Origin: Pyrinomonadaceae bacterium
GTDB lineage: Bacteria > Acidobacteriota > Blastocatellia > Pyrinomonadales > Pyrinomonadaceae
Assembly: GCA_036389315.1 (NCBI GenBank)
Contig: DASVQF010000028.1
Coordinates: 7,429-31,428 of the forward strand
DNA: 24,000 nucleotides
Direction of reading: 5' to 3'
Shown here: one piece after another, positions 15,079 to 22,775 of the stretch
Numbering within the stretch: the first letter of the stretch is position 1
How the letters are laid out: each line of letters starts with the position of its first letter
Notes under the pieces: model-generated
What the model was told of the DNA's origin: nothing
What the model saw: only the letters and a program-made list of their open reading frames with translations
The model's database searches: none
Translations under genes and position numbers: made by a program

Positions 15079-15804
15079 TCAGCTTCTCAAATCGACGACC
15101 CAGGCTTGGGGAAGATACTTGTCGATCAAGTAGCCGTTGAAGTTGAGCCAGCGGGCCGCACGGTCGAGGATGGATGAATCGGAGGTCACGGCTACAGTCT
15201 CGGCAGACGCAGAGATTTCGGCGTCCGGGTTAAAGACTACTTCGACCGTCCAGGGCCAGGCGTGCTCCTGGGCCAAGTCTCTGACTTTCTGCGCGAGGCG
15301 TCCGCTGTTGGAGATGGGTTTGTCCAAGAGCCATCTGACGGAAGCGGGCCCTAGATGAGCGAGCGCCTCGCCCGTCATTTGCACAGCCCGCTCGGTCTCC
15401 TCCACTGAACGATAAGAGCCATGCACGCCGGACAAATCGCGCAGGCAATCGTCGCGACAGAGAATAACGAGGCCGCCCGAGAGAGCCGCTTCGAGGGTGA
15501 TGACGAGATTGAAGCCGTCGATGATTAGATGCTGGCCGCGCGCGGCCTCCACGGGCAGACGCCGCGCGCGCCGCTCTTCAAGGCTCTGCTCTGAGCAGGC
15601 GGCGCGCGCTACGGCCAGGCGTTGCCGCTCGGTCAGGCCGTGACGGTCGCCCACCAGTTTCAAAGCAGACTTCAGGCTGTAGCCGTGCGTCAGCAGCCAG
15701 GACAACTCCCGCACGGCGGCCCTCAGCGCCCCTTGCTGCCGAGCATGGAACAAGCGCCCGTCAGACGGGTGTGGCCCGCGATGCTGCCGATTATCAGGAC
15801 TCAA
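15079..15804 (-). CDS. DUF434-like protein with uncharacterised (possibly PIN-like) C-terminal domain
   Basis: TTG start at 15804 with GGAG 7-8 nt upstream. The N-terminus (HRGPHPSDGRLFHARQQGALRAAVRELSWLLTHGYSLKSALKLVGDRHGLTERQRLAVARA) matches my memory of the DUF434 signature (RGP.P.D...L..A..DL.WLL.RGY....LKLVGDR..L..RQR.A). The C-terminal half (LIIDGFNLVITLEAAL...VAVTSDSSILD) is alpha/beta and acidic-residue bearing. Confidence 0.55.
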   Translation of the reverse strand: MSPDNRQHRGPHPSDGRLFHARQQGALRAAVRELSWLLTHGYSLKSALKLVGDRHGLTERQRLAVARAACSEQSLEERRARRLPVEAARGQHLIIDGFNLVITLEAALSGGLVILCRDDCLRDLSGVHGSYRSVEETERAVQMTGEALAHLGPASVRWLLDKPISNSGRLAQKVRDLAQEHAWPWTVEVVFNPDAEISASAETVAVTSDSSILDRAARWLNFNGYLIDKYLPQAWVVDLRS

Positions 15805-15919
15805 AGCGGAACTCCTTTCACTTCCGACCCGGCCGCCGAACGCCCGGTATTTTAATGCTTTTTTTCCTCTTTCGCTCTTGTCTCATGCGTGAAACATTGT
15901 GGCACAGCCGCACGAAACG

Positions 15920-15928
15920 TGCTATAAT
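15920..15928 (+). promoter_or_regulatory. Extended -10 promoter element (TGcTATAAT) for the SWIM / Zn-ribbon / radical SAM unit
   Basis: TGCTATAAT at 15920-15928 in an otherwise GC-rich divergent intergenic region. I found no good -35 element. The palindrome GCACG-AAA-CGTGC (15910-15922) overlaps it. Confidence 0.4.
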
Positions 15929-15935
15929 GCTTTCC

Positions 15936-16271
15936 ATGAAAACGAGCATAAAAAAGAGAGAGATGGGCAAGGTACACGTTTTCACGGCCGCTGAGCAGCG
16001 AGCGGCGCGCTCTGAGCGCATCAAGGTCTACGAGGCAGAGCCTTATGGTTGGATCGCCCGTTCGGAAGACGCGAGCGCGCAGCGTGACTATCACCTCTTC
16101 CGCGACCCCGAAACGAAACACCTGGCTTGCACCTGCGCGGACTTCATCTACAGGGGCAATGCCGAGCCGGGCTTTGAATGCAAGCACGTTTCGGCCGTGC
16201 TGAAGTTCATAGCGCGCTGGTACTTGGCCCATGAATACACACCTGAGCGTCAGCGGGCCCGCGTCGCCTGA
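15936..16271 (+). CDS. SWIM zinc-finger protein
   Basis: CTCADFIYRGNAEPGFECKHVSAV is the CxCx(n)CxH SWIM signature. The start is uncertain: ATG 15927 lies inside the putative -10, ATG 15936 would be near-leaderless, and ATG 15963 follows AAGAGAGAG. Confidence 0.65.
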   Translation: MKTSIKKREMGKVHVFTAAEQRAARSERIKVYEAEPYGWIARSEDASAQRDYHLFRDPETKHLACTCADFIYRGNAEPGFECKHVSAVLKFIARWYLAHEYTPERQRARVA

Positions 16272-16297
16272 TTCGTTCGACAAGGAGAGTTTTAGAG

Positions 16298-16486
16298 ATG
16301 AGCAAGGATTTCAAATGCGAAGCCTGCCGCAAGACAGCCGAGCGGCTGCACATGCGCGACGCAGACGGCAAGTGGGTCTGCGCCGGGTGTATTCCTGCGC
16401 GCGAGCTGGATGCCTGTCCGGGCTTGCGCGAGCGCCTCGGACTGCGAACCCGAACCGCTTCCGCTCCGAGACGCAAGGCGGCCTGA
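16298..16486 (+). CDS. Small zinc-ribbon protein (62 aa), hypothetical
   Basis: AAGGAGAG lies 8 nt upstream of the ATG. Two CxxC pairs (CEACRK and CAGC) are followed by an Arg-rich tail. Confidence 0.5.
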   Translation: MSKDFKCEACRKTAERLHMRDADGKWVCAGCIPARELDACPGLRERLGLRTRTASAPRRKAA

Positions 16487-16532
16487 AGACGGACGACCGA
16501 GGCTTTCAAACTAAGAGAGGTGCTCGCGGAAG

Positions 16533-17555
16533 ATGCGTTACGTAGAGAACCCTCCCAACCCCTGGCTGAGCACGAATGTTGAGTGGATAGGCGAGCCGCC
16601 CGAAGCCCGCCTCGAAGTCTTTGAAGAGACGGCGACGCGCTCGATCATCACGCGCAACCAGAGTCCGGACGTAGGCTTCGAGTTTTCGGTCAACTGCTAT
16701 CGCGGCTGCCCGCACGCCTGTAGCTACTGCTTCTCGCGCCCGACGCACGAGTACCTGGGCTTCGGCGCGGGGACTGATTTCGAGCGCAAGATCGTCGCCA
16801 AAGTGAGAGCGCCGGAGCTGCTCAGAGCGGAACTGATGCGCCCCTCTTGGCGTGGCGACGAGCTGGTCTTCTCCTTCACCTCCGATCCTTATCTTCCGCT
16901 CGAAGCCCATTACAGGCTGACGCGCAGGTGTCTTGAGGTCTGCCTGGAATTTCGCCAACCTGTAGGCATCGTGACCAAATCGGCGCTCGTTCGCCGCGAC
17001 GTGGAGCTGCTCGCGGAGTTGGCCCGGGAGGCCGCTTGCGCGGTCTTCTTCACTATTCCTTTCAAGGACGAGGAGACGGCGCGCGCTTTAGAGCCCTATG
17101 CGCCCGCGCCCGAGCTGCGCTTTCGCGCGATGGAAGAGTTGTCGCGCGCTGGCATCAAGACCGGAATCGGAATCGCTCCGCTCGCGCCCGCGATGAACGA
17201 TTCCGACATCCCCTCTCTTCTCAAGCGGGCGCGCGAGGCCGGGGCAACGGTGGCCTGGATGACTATGCTGCGCCTGCCTGGAAGCGTCGCGCCATATTTC
17301 GAGCAGCGGCTCAGAGAGCGCCTCCCGCTTCGGGCCGAACGTATCCTCAAACACATCAGGGAAGAGCGCGGAGGGCGACTCAACTCAAGCCAGTTCGGCG
17401 CGCGCATGAAGGGAACGAGCGAGCAATGGAAGATGACGGAACAGCTCTTCAAGCTGCATTGCCGCCGTCTAGGCTTCAACAGTCAGAGATATTTGGAAGA
17501 GGATAAGCCGAACACTTTTCGCCGCCCGACCCGTCAGGGTGCGCTCTTCGATTGA
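16533..17555 (+). CDS. Radical SAM protein, SplB/PA0069-like (annotated elsewhere as DNA repair photolyase family)
   Basis: Canonical CX3CX2C cluster motif in [12 protein letters not shown]. The N-terminus (YVENPPNPW...[17 protein letters not shown]...[23 protein letters not shown]) matches my memory of the PA0069/COG1533 family. Confidence 0.8.
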   Translation: MRYVENPPNPWLSTNVEWIGEPPEARLEVFEETATRSIITRNQSPDVGFEFSVNCYRGCPHACSYCFSRPTHEYLGFGAGTDFERKIVAKVRAPELLRAELMRPSWRGDELVFSFTSDPYLPLEAHYRLTRRCLEVCLEFRQPVGIVTKSALVRRDVELLAELAREAACAVFFTIPFKDEETARALEPYAPAPELRFRAMEELSRAGIKTGIGIAPLAPAMNDSDIPSLLKRAREAGATVAWMTMLRLPGSVAPYFEQRLRERLPLRAERILKHIREERGGRLNSSQFGARMKGTSEQWKMTEQLFKLHCRRLGFNSQRYLEEDKPNTFRRPTRQGALFD

Positions 17556-17606
17556 CAGAAGCGGAAAACCTCACAGCCTCAATCCTGGGCTTTCATCTAT
17601 CCGCAA

Positions 17607-19988
17607 TCACTGCTGGCGGCCGAGGCGCAGTCTCAGGCCGAAGCGCAGCAGCACGGGTGGGCCCAGCGTGGTGACGGGCGTGCGGCCTATCTCATACCTT
17701 TGATTGAAGAGGTTCTCTGCCGCCGCGAATAGCTCAAGGCCGCGCGCCAAGCGACGCGAGGCCAGTGCGTCCAGAGTGAAGTAGCGGCCGAGCCGAAAGC
17801 GATTCTGATCGTCGTCGTACTGTGCGCCGGCGAAGCGCGCCTGCAATCCGGCTACCAGGAGCGAGGGGTTAGAGTAACGCGCCTGGAAGCTCAACTGGTG
17901 GCGGGCGACCTGCGGGATGAGCAATCCTTCAAGCTCCGGGTTAGCGGGAAAGCGGCGCACGGTCGCATCCGAAAAAAGATAGCCGCCCGTCAAGCTCCAA
18001 TGTTGGCCCAAGCGCGCTTCCGCCTCTAATTCCAGACCGCGCGAGCGTGTGCGGCCCAGGTTCTCGCGCCGTCGAGTGATGAGGGCGGGCGTGGCGCTCA
18101 AGGTCACGTTGGCTATGGGCCGGGTCGTCTCTGTCCAGAAGAAAGTAGAGCGCGCGCTCATCCTTCGCTGCGGCGAAGAGAAGCCAGCGCCCGCTTCCGC
18201 GCCGGTCAAACGTTCTGCGCGCAAGTTCTCGTTGGCCAGCGTCACGGCGTCTCCGACGCGAAAACTTCTATACAGCTCGTTGAGGGTCGGCTGGCGAAAG
18301 GCGCGATAAGCAGAGACGTTGAGCGAGACGCTCTCCGTGGGTTTGTAGAGCACGGAGAGCTGCGGGCTGAAAGCCCGTTCCGTTCGATCAGCGAATTGAT
18401 TGACCGTGCCGACGCCGCCCCGCAAGGCTGCGGTCGCCTGGAACGCGGAGTAATTACGCCAGCGATCAAAGCGCACGCCGCCCGTGACGAAGAGGCGCTC
18501 GGTGAGGCGCACTATGTCTTCGGCGAAGAGGCCGAAGGTGCGCTCTCGCCCGCCCGCAGCCACAAGCGACTGCGGCCTGTTCTGTGCGAAGACCAGCTCG
18601 TCGCTCGCGCCGCGCACCTCGCGCGCATCGAGCCCGGCCACAATCGTCTGCCTCCGGCCGAGGGCGCGCGACCACTGCGTCGAAAGACCCGTGGCCTGAA
18701 CGGGCACGCGCTGGACGCGCGTCAAAGTCTCGCTCGTTCTATCGGCGCTCACGGCGGAAAAGTTCTGATCGAAGAGCTGTGTGCCGGTGTAGACGCGCAG
18801 GGTGATGGCTCCAGCCCTGCGGTTGGGCCAATCCGCTCCCGCGCTCAACTGGCGTATGTGCGTGCGGTTGGTTTGCATGGGCGTCCCGTTCGTGCGCGAT
18901 TCGACGAAGTAGGCTGCGCGGAGAAAGATGCGCCCTTGCTGGCGGAGACGCCGCTCAAGCGAGAGGTCTAGGGCAGTGCGCAGCGAGCCGGCCAACGTAT
19001 CTATGGGCCCACGCTCGTCATCTTTGACAAGCACGTAGCCGTCCGTGCGAAAGCTCTCGGCCGCAAGAGTAGCCCCCCAGCGCCCCCGCCGCCCTCCGGC
19101 GAAGAGCGAAAGATCGGCCGTTCGCTCGTTGCCGTATGAGGCTTCGAGCGAAAGCACGGGCTCGTCGGCCGGGCGGCGCGTCAGGATATGGACGACGCCG
19201 CCCAGCGCCGTGCTGCCGTAGAGATTGGAAGAGCCGCCGCGCAAGACTTCGACGCTCGCCACAGATTCGCGCGGGACGCGCCCCCAGTAGACCCAGCCGC
19301 CAAAAGGGTCATTCAGCGGCAGGCCGTCCTCCAGAACCAGGGCCCGGCTCGCCCCGCTCGCGCCGACGCCCCTCAGCGAGACTCCCTGCGAAGTAGGGTT
19401 GGCCGTGCGGCTGCCCGAACGGCGAAACAGTTGAAAGCCCGGCACCTGTCTTAAAGCGTCGTCAATTGTTGCGGCGGCAGTCGCCGCAAGCTCCGTCGCG
19501 GAGAGTAGGACGACGCTGGCCGCAGTATCAGCGAGCCGCGTCTCTGTGCGCGTCGCCGTGACGGCCACGACCTCTAGGACGGGCGCTGGCATGAGAGTGA
19601 TGCTGATGAAAGAAGCGCGATTCTCAGAAGAGTTCCAGGGCTTCTCCGCGACGGCGAACCCGCGCGCCGTTACTCTGAGCTTGAGCGGCTTCCTGGGCAG
19701 CGCCTCGAAAACAAACCGGCCATCGCCGCCGGTCGTCAGCTCTGCTAAGACAGATGACTCGGCGCGCACTGTGACGCGCGCACCTTTGACGGGCGCTCCC
19801 GCCTGATCGAAGACCTCGCCCTCTATGCGCAGGGTTTGGGCCAATGGCAGTGCGTGTGCGCTTGGAAGCGATGCGCCGAGTGCGTGAATGATGACGAGCA
19901 AGCAGGCACAGGCGAATGCTGTGCGTGCGCCGAGCGTCTCTGCGCGCGCCGCTCTGATGGCCCCTTGATCTACGGCACGAAGCTTCAT
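17607..19988 (-). CDS. TonB-dependent outer-membrane receptor with carboxypeptidase-regulatory-like N-terminal domain
   Basis: Signal peptide, then a CarboxypepD_reg-like segment (RIEGEVFDQAGAPVKGARVTV...GDGRFVFEAL). A plug follows (TATRTETRLADTAASVVLLSATEL...IDDALRQVPGF, GASRALVLEDGLPLNDP), then a long beta-barrel with alternating pattern (YEIGRT...LRFGLRL). Confidence 0.88.
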   Translation of the reverse strand: MKLRAVDQGAIRAARAETLGARTAFACACLLVIIHALGASLPSAHALPLAQTLRIEGEVFDQAGAPVKGARVTVRAESSVLAELTTGGDGRFVFEALPRKPLKLRVTARGFAVAEKPWNSSENRASFISITLMPAPVLEVVAVTATRTETRLADTAASVVLLSATELAATAAATIDDALRQVPGFQLFRRSGSRTANPTSQGVSLRGVGASGASRALVLEDGLPLNDPFGGWVYWGRVPRESVASVEVLRGGSSNLYGSTALGGVVHILTRRPADEPVLSLEASYGNERTADLSLFAGGRRGRWGATLAAESFRTDGYVLVKDDERGPIDTLAGSLRTALDLSLERRLRQQGRIFLRAAYFVESRTNGTPMQTNRTHIRQLSAGADWPNRRAGAITLRVYTGTQLFDQNFSAVSADRTSETLTRVQRVPVQATGLSTQWSRALGRRQTIVAGLDAREVRGASDELVFAQNRPQSLVAAGGRERTFGLFAEDIVRLTERLFVTGGVRFDRWRNYSAFQATAALRGGVGTVNQFADRTERAFSPQLSVLYKPTESVSLNVSAYRAFRQPTLNELYRSFRVGDAVTLANENLRAERLTGAEAGAGFSSPQRRMSARSTFFWTETTRPIANVTLSATPALITRRRENLGRTRSRGLELEAEARLGQHWSLTGGYLFSDATVRRFPANPELEGLLIPQVARHQLSFQARYSNPSLLVAGLQARFAGAQYDDDQNRFRLGRYFTLDALASRRLARGLELFAAAENLFNQRYEIGRTPVTTLGPPVLLRFGLRLRLGRQQ

Positions 19989-20009
19989 TCTCTCGCCCGG
20001 ATTGTAACA

Positions 20010-21002
20010 CTAAGGCTTGATGACGATTCCCCACGGCCCGTCGCCTGCCTTGATCGTGGCGACGACGGTGTTCGATTGCGTATCGACAACCGAAACGTCG
20101 TTTGACAGTCCGTTGGCCGTGTAGAGCTTTCGGCCATCAGGGGTGAGGGCCAGGCCCCAGGGGCGTTGGCCCACCTGTATCAGGTTCAGGATTTTGTGGC
20201 TCGCCGCGTCTATGACGGCGACGCTATTGCCGCGACCCGTCGCGACGTAGATGCGAGAGGCATCCCTGGAGACGACGACGCCCATAGGCTTCACCTGTGT
20301 CCCCGTGCCCGCGAGCTGAATCGTTGCGCTAACGGTGTGGTCGCGCGTCTCGACGACCGAGAGCGAGCCGCCGTTTTCGGCCGTCACGTAAGCGCGCGCG
20401 CCGTCGGGTGAGAAGGCCGCGTCGCGCGGGCGCGCGCCGACCATGAAAGTCTTCATGACCCGGTTGGTCTCCGTGTCTATGACGGAGACGGTGCTGCTGC
20501 TCTCCGAAGTGACGTAGACCCAGCGCCCGTCCGGGCTCAAGGCGACGCCTTCGGGCTCAAGGCCGACGACCTGCGTGGCTATCACGCGGTTGGATTTGAG
20601 GTCAGTGACGGAAGCCGTCCCGGCATCCTCGTTGGCGATGTAGAAGCGCGTGCCGTCGAGACTGACGGCGAACTGTTCGGGGTCTGTGCCCGCGTCGTAC
20701 TTGGCGACGACCTTGTTGTTGGAAGTATCTATCGCAGCGATCTTGTCTTCGCCCTCTCGCCGGTTGGAAGGATAGCTGAGCGCCACATAGACCAGGCGAT
20801 TGTCCGGGCTCAGGCGAATGCCGCGCGGGCGTGCGCCTGTGCGAATCGTTTCGACCACTGTCTCCGTGCCGGTATCTATAACCGTGATCGTCCCGTCGCG
20901 CTCGTTCGTCACGTAGGCGAGCGGCCCCCGCCTCTTCGGAGCACAAGCGCAGAGAAGCAGCAGGCAGAAGGTGAAGGCCAAAAGATGGAGGCGAGTTTTC
21001 AC
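20010..21002 (-). CDS. YVTN/YncE-type beta-propeller repeat lipoprotein
   Basis: GTG start at 21002 overlaps the upstream stop as GTGA. Lipobox-like LLLLCACA. Seven or so repeats of ~40 aa carry YVTN/YVAL/YIAN/YVTS/YVTA/YVAT/YTAN plus ...VIDT motifs. Confidence 0.8.
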   Translation of the reverse strand: MKTRLHLLAFTFCLLLLCACAPKRRGPLAYVTNERDGTITVIDTGTETVVETIRTGARPRGIRLSPDNRLVYVALSYPSNRREGEDKIAAIDTSNNKVVAKYDAGTDPEQFAVSLDGTRFYIANEDAGTASVTDLKSNRVIATQVVGLEPEGVALSPDGRWVYVTSESSSTVSVIDTETNRVMKTFMVGARPRDAAFSPDGARAYVTAENGGSLSVVETRDHTVSATIQLAGTGTQVKPMGVVVSRDASRIYVATGRGNSVAVIDAASHKILNLIQVGQRPWGLALTPDGRKLYTANGLSNDVSVVDTQSNTVVATIKAGDGPWGIVIKP

Positions 21003-21400
21003 TTCAGCGTATAAAGATAGCTGGCGATGTCGCGCGCGTCCGCGTCCGTGACGCCGAGGTTCGGCATGGCTGTCTTCTCATCCACGCTCTGCGGATTCTG
21101 TATCCAGCGAATCATGTTCTCGGGGCTGTTCTGCAAACGGCCGGCCAGGTAGACGCGGCTCGCCACTTGGGCGAGCGGTGGGCCCACCAGGCCGTTCGCG
21201 CCGCTGACGCCGGGGACTGTGTGGCAGGCCGAACAACCGTAGCGACTGATGGCCGCCCGCCCCTTTGAAGGCGTGCCGCCCGTCATCTCCGCAGCGGCCC
21301 GCTCGGCGTCTCCCGTGCAGGAAGAGAGAGCGCAGGCGAAGAGCAGGCACACGCTCGCAAGCCCCGGCGCGCGCCATGCCCTTCTCAAGCGTCGCTTCAT
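20999..21400 (-). CDS. c-type monohaem cytochrome (lipoprotein-type signal)
   Basis: CSACH haem-binding motif, a distal Met context (KTAMPNLG), the C-terminal ARDIASYLYTLK and a lipobox (ALSSC). Confidence 0.85.
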   Translation of the reverse strand: MKRRLRRAWRAPGLASVCLLFACALSSCTGDAERAAAEMTGGTPSKGRAAISRYGCSACHTVPGVSGANGLVGPPLAQVASRVYLAGRLQNSPENMIRWIQNPQSVDEKTAMPNLGVTDADARDIASYLYTLK

Positions 21401-21415
21401 ACGCTCGCCTCCCTT

Positions 21416-22348
21416 CTATCGCTCCCCGAGTTTTTCAACCCTCGCCACTCGCCGCTCCGATTCACGCATCCACCCGACCATCAAGGCCAGCCCCGCGATG
21501 ACGTAGACAGTAGCCGCCGGAACCCACATGATGAGTCCGCCCAGTTGTTGATCTTCGAGCGGCGTCAGCCCCCAGCTCGCGGTCGTCCCCGCATAGGCCG
21601 GATACCAGACGGAGCGGGCGAAAGTTATCAGCGCGCCGAGCACGCCGCTATGCACAGAGGTCGTGAACATGTAGAGCACGGCCGCGCCGTAACCCATCAA
21701 GCCCTGACGGCCGTGTACCAGCGCCCACCAGAACAGCAGCGCCGAGCCCAGGAAGCTCAGGTGTTGCAGTGTGTGTACAAGGTCGCTCTTGAGCGTCGCC
21801 TGAAACAGCGCAGGGATGTGCCAGGCCCACAGCGCCCCGGCATGAATGGCCCACGCCGCGAGCGGGTTCGTCATCGCGCGCCAAAGCGTTTGCACCCCGC
21901 GCCGCTTGCCGTAGGCCCCGACCGGGTGTCGCCACCCGACGGGCAGGGCCCACAGAAAAGGGAGGAGCGGGCGCGAGAGCACAAGGAGCGGCGCGGCAAT
22001 CAGCATCAGGACTTCGTGCTGCGTCATGTGGGCCGAGAAGAGCACCTCGCCCCAGGGGTGCAAGGGCGAGACGAGCGCGACGAAAAGCGCAAACCACCCG
22101 CCCGCGAAGGCCCAAGCCTCCCACTCGCGCACGCCGCGCCCGCGCCCCCCTTCTCGCCACATGCGACGCACGCCACGAACATATAACCATCCCGTGACGG
22201 CCAGGCTCGCAATCACCACCGGGTCACGCCCCCACGTGTACCACAGATCATCAAACGTGTGCGGCTTGCCTTCATGAAAAGCAAGGCGGAAGGCAGAAGG
22301 CGGAAGGCGGAATGAAAAGCATTCAAGCATGGAAAGCATTCCTTTCAT
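21416..22348 (-). CDS. ctaG: Cytochrome c oxidase assembly factor CtaG (caa3-type, COG3336-like membrane protein)
   Basis: Polytopic membrane protein with FSAHMTQHEVLMLIAAPLLVL and VHTLQHLSFLGSALLFWW motifs. The only in-frame ATG starts (22348, 22339, 22330) lie inside repeat copy 3, so the true start is uncertain. Confidence 0.75.
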   Translation of the reverse strand: MKGMLSMLECFSFRLPPSAFRLAFHEGKPHTFDDLWYTWGRDPVVIASLAVTGWLYVRGVRRMWREGGRGRGVREWEAWAFAGGWFALFVALVSPLHPWGEVLFSAHMTQHEVLMLIAAPLLVLSRPLLPFLWALPVGWRHPVGAYGKRRGVQTLWRAMTNPLAAWAIHAGALWAWHIPALFQATLKSDLVHTLQHLSFLGSALLFWWALVHGRQGLMGYGAAVLYMFTTSVHSGVLGALITFARSVWYPAYAGTTASWGLTPLEDQQLGGLIMWVPAATVYVIAGLALMVGWMRESERRVARVEKLGER

Positions 22349-22361
22349 CCTTCATCCTTGC
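22281..22361. repeat. Copy 3 of the imperfect-palindromic intergenic repeat family (inverted relative to copy 2)
   Basis: Perfect terminal inverted repeat: GCAAGG (22281-22286) and CCTTGC (22356-22361). The interior is GGCGGAAGGCAGAAGGCGGAAGGCGGAATGAAAAGC...GCATTCCTTTCATCCTTCATCC. It aligns end to end with the reverse complement of copy 1 and shares an identical 24-mer with copy 2. Confidence 0.8.
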
Positions 22362-22364
22362 TCT

Positions 22365-22766
22365 TCATCTCATGCACGGGTTGAAGATGAACTGCGGTAT
22401 CCATTGCGCGATGATGATGAGCGCGCTCAGCAGGCTAATCATCACCCCGACGGCCGCCAGCAGGCGATTGCGCATGACTCTCTCTGCGGATTCGTCGGGC
22501 CACTCTCGCCCGGCCCGCGTCCAGTTGCTCCAAGCGATCAGGCCGCCCGCTAAAGCCAGGAGCAGGAAGAACAGCGTCGTGCAGTGAAGCAGAGAGGTGC
22601 GCCCGCCCGGACAGAGCTTCTGCGTGAGCGTGTAGTTGGCTTGCAGGTTGGAGAGGAAGGCCATCGGGGCAACGAGCACGCCCGCCCAGAGCCGCAGCAG
22701 TTCTGTGTCCCGGCCGCGCTCTCGCTTCTTCTCTGTCTTGCCGCTCTCGCCCGAACCCACACCCAC
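22365..22766 (-). CDS. Small integral membrane protein in the cox cluster, hypothetical
   Basis: Three hydrophobic segments (WAGVLVAPMAFL, LFFLLLALAGGLIAW, LLAAVGVMISLLSALIIIAQW). The GTG start at 22766 abuts GGAAGGAGG. The GTG at 22760, 5 nt after that Shine-Dalgarno sequence, is the more likely start. Confidence 0.6.
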   Translation of the reverse strand: MGVGSGESGKTEKKRERGRDTELLRLWAGVLVAPMAFLSNLQANYTLTQKLCPGGRTSLLHCTTLFFLLLALAGGLIAWSNWTRAGREWPDESAERVMRNRLLAAVGVMISLLSALIIIAQWIPQFIFNPCMR

Positions 22767-22775
22767 CTCCTTCCC

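Noticed and set aside
8967-17555. Interpreting the DNA-processing island as a prophage, ICE or transposon.
   Set aside because: No integrase, recombinase, transposase, structural or terminase genes are visible in the window. There is no flanking tRNA and no direct repeats bracketing the region. Only one side abuts a repeat-family copy. Mobility cannot be supported from this window, although phage ancestry of the SSB, annealing and exonuclease genes remains possible.
17556-17606. Possible terminator between the convergent radical SAM and TonB-receptor genes.
   Set aside because: No stem of 5 bp or more with a following T-tract could be found by eye in the 51-nt gap.
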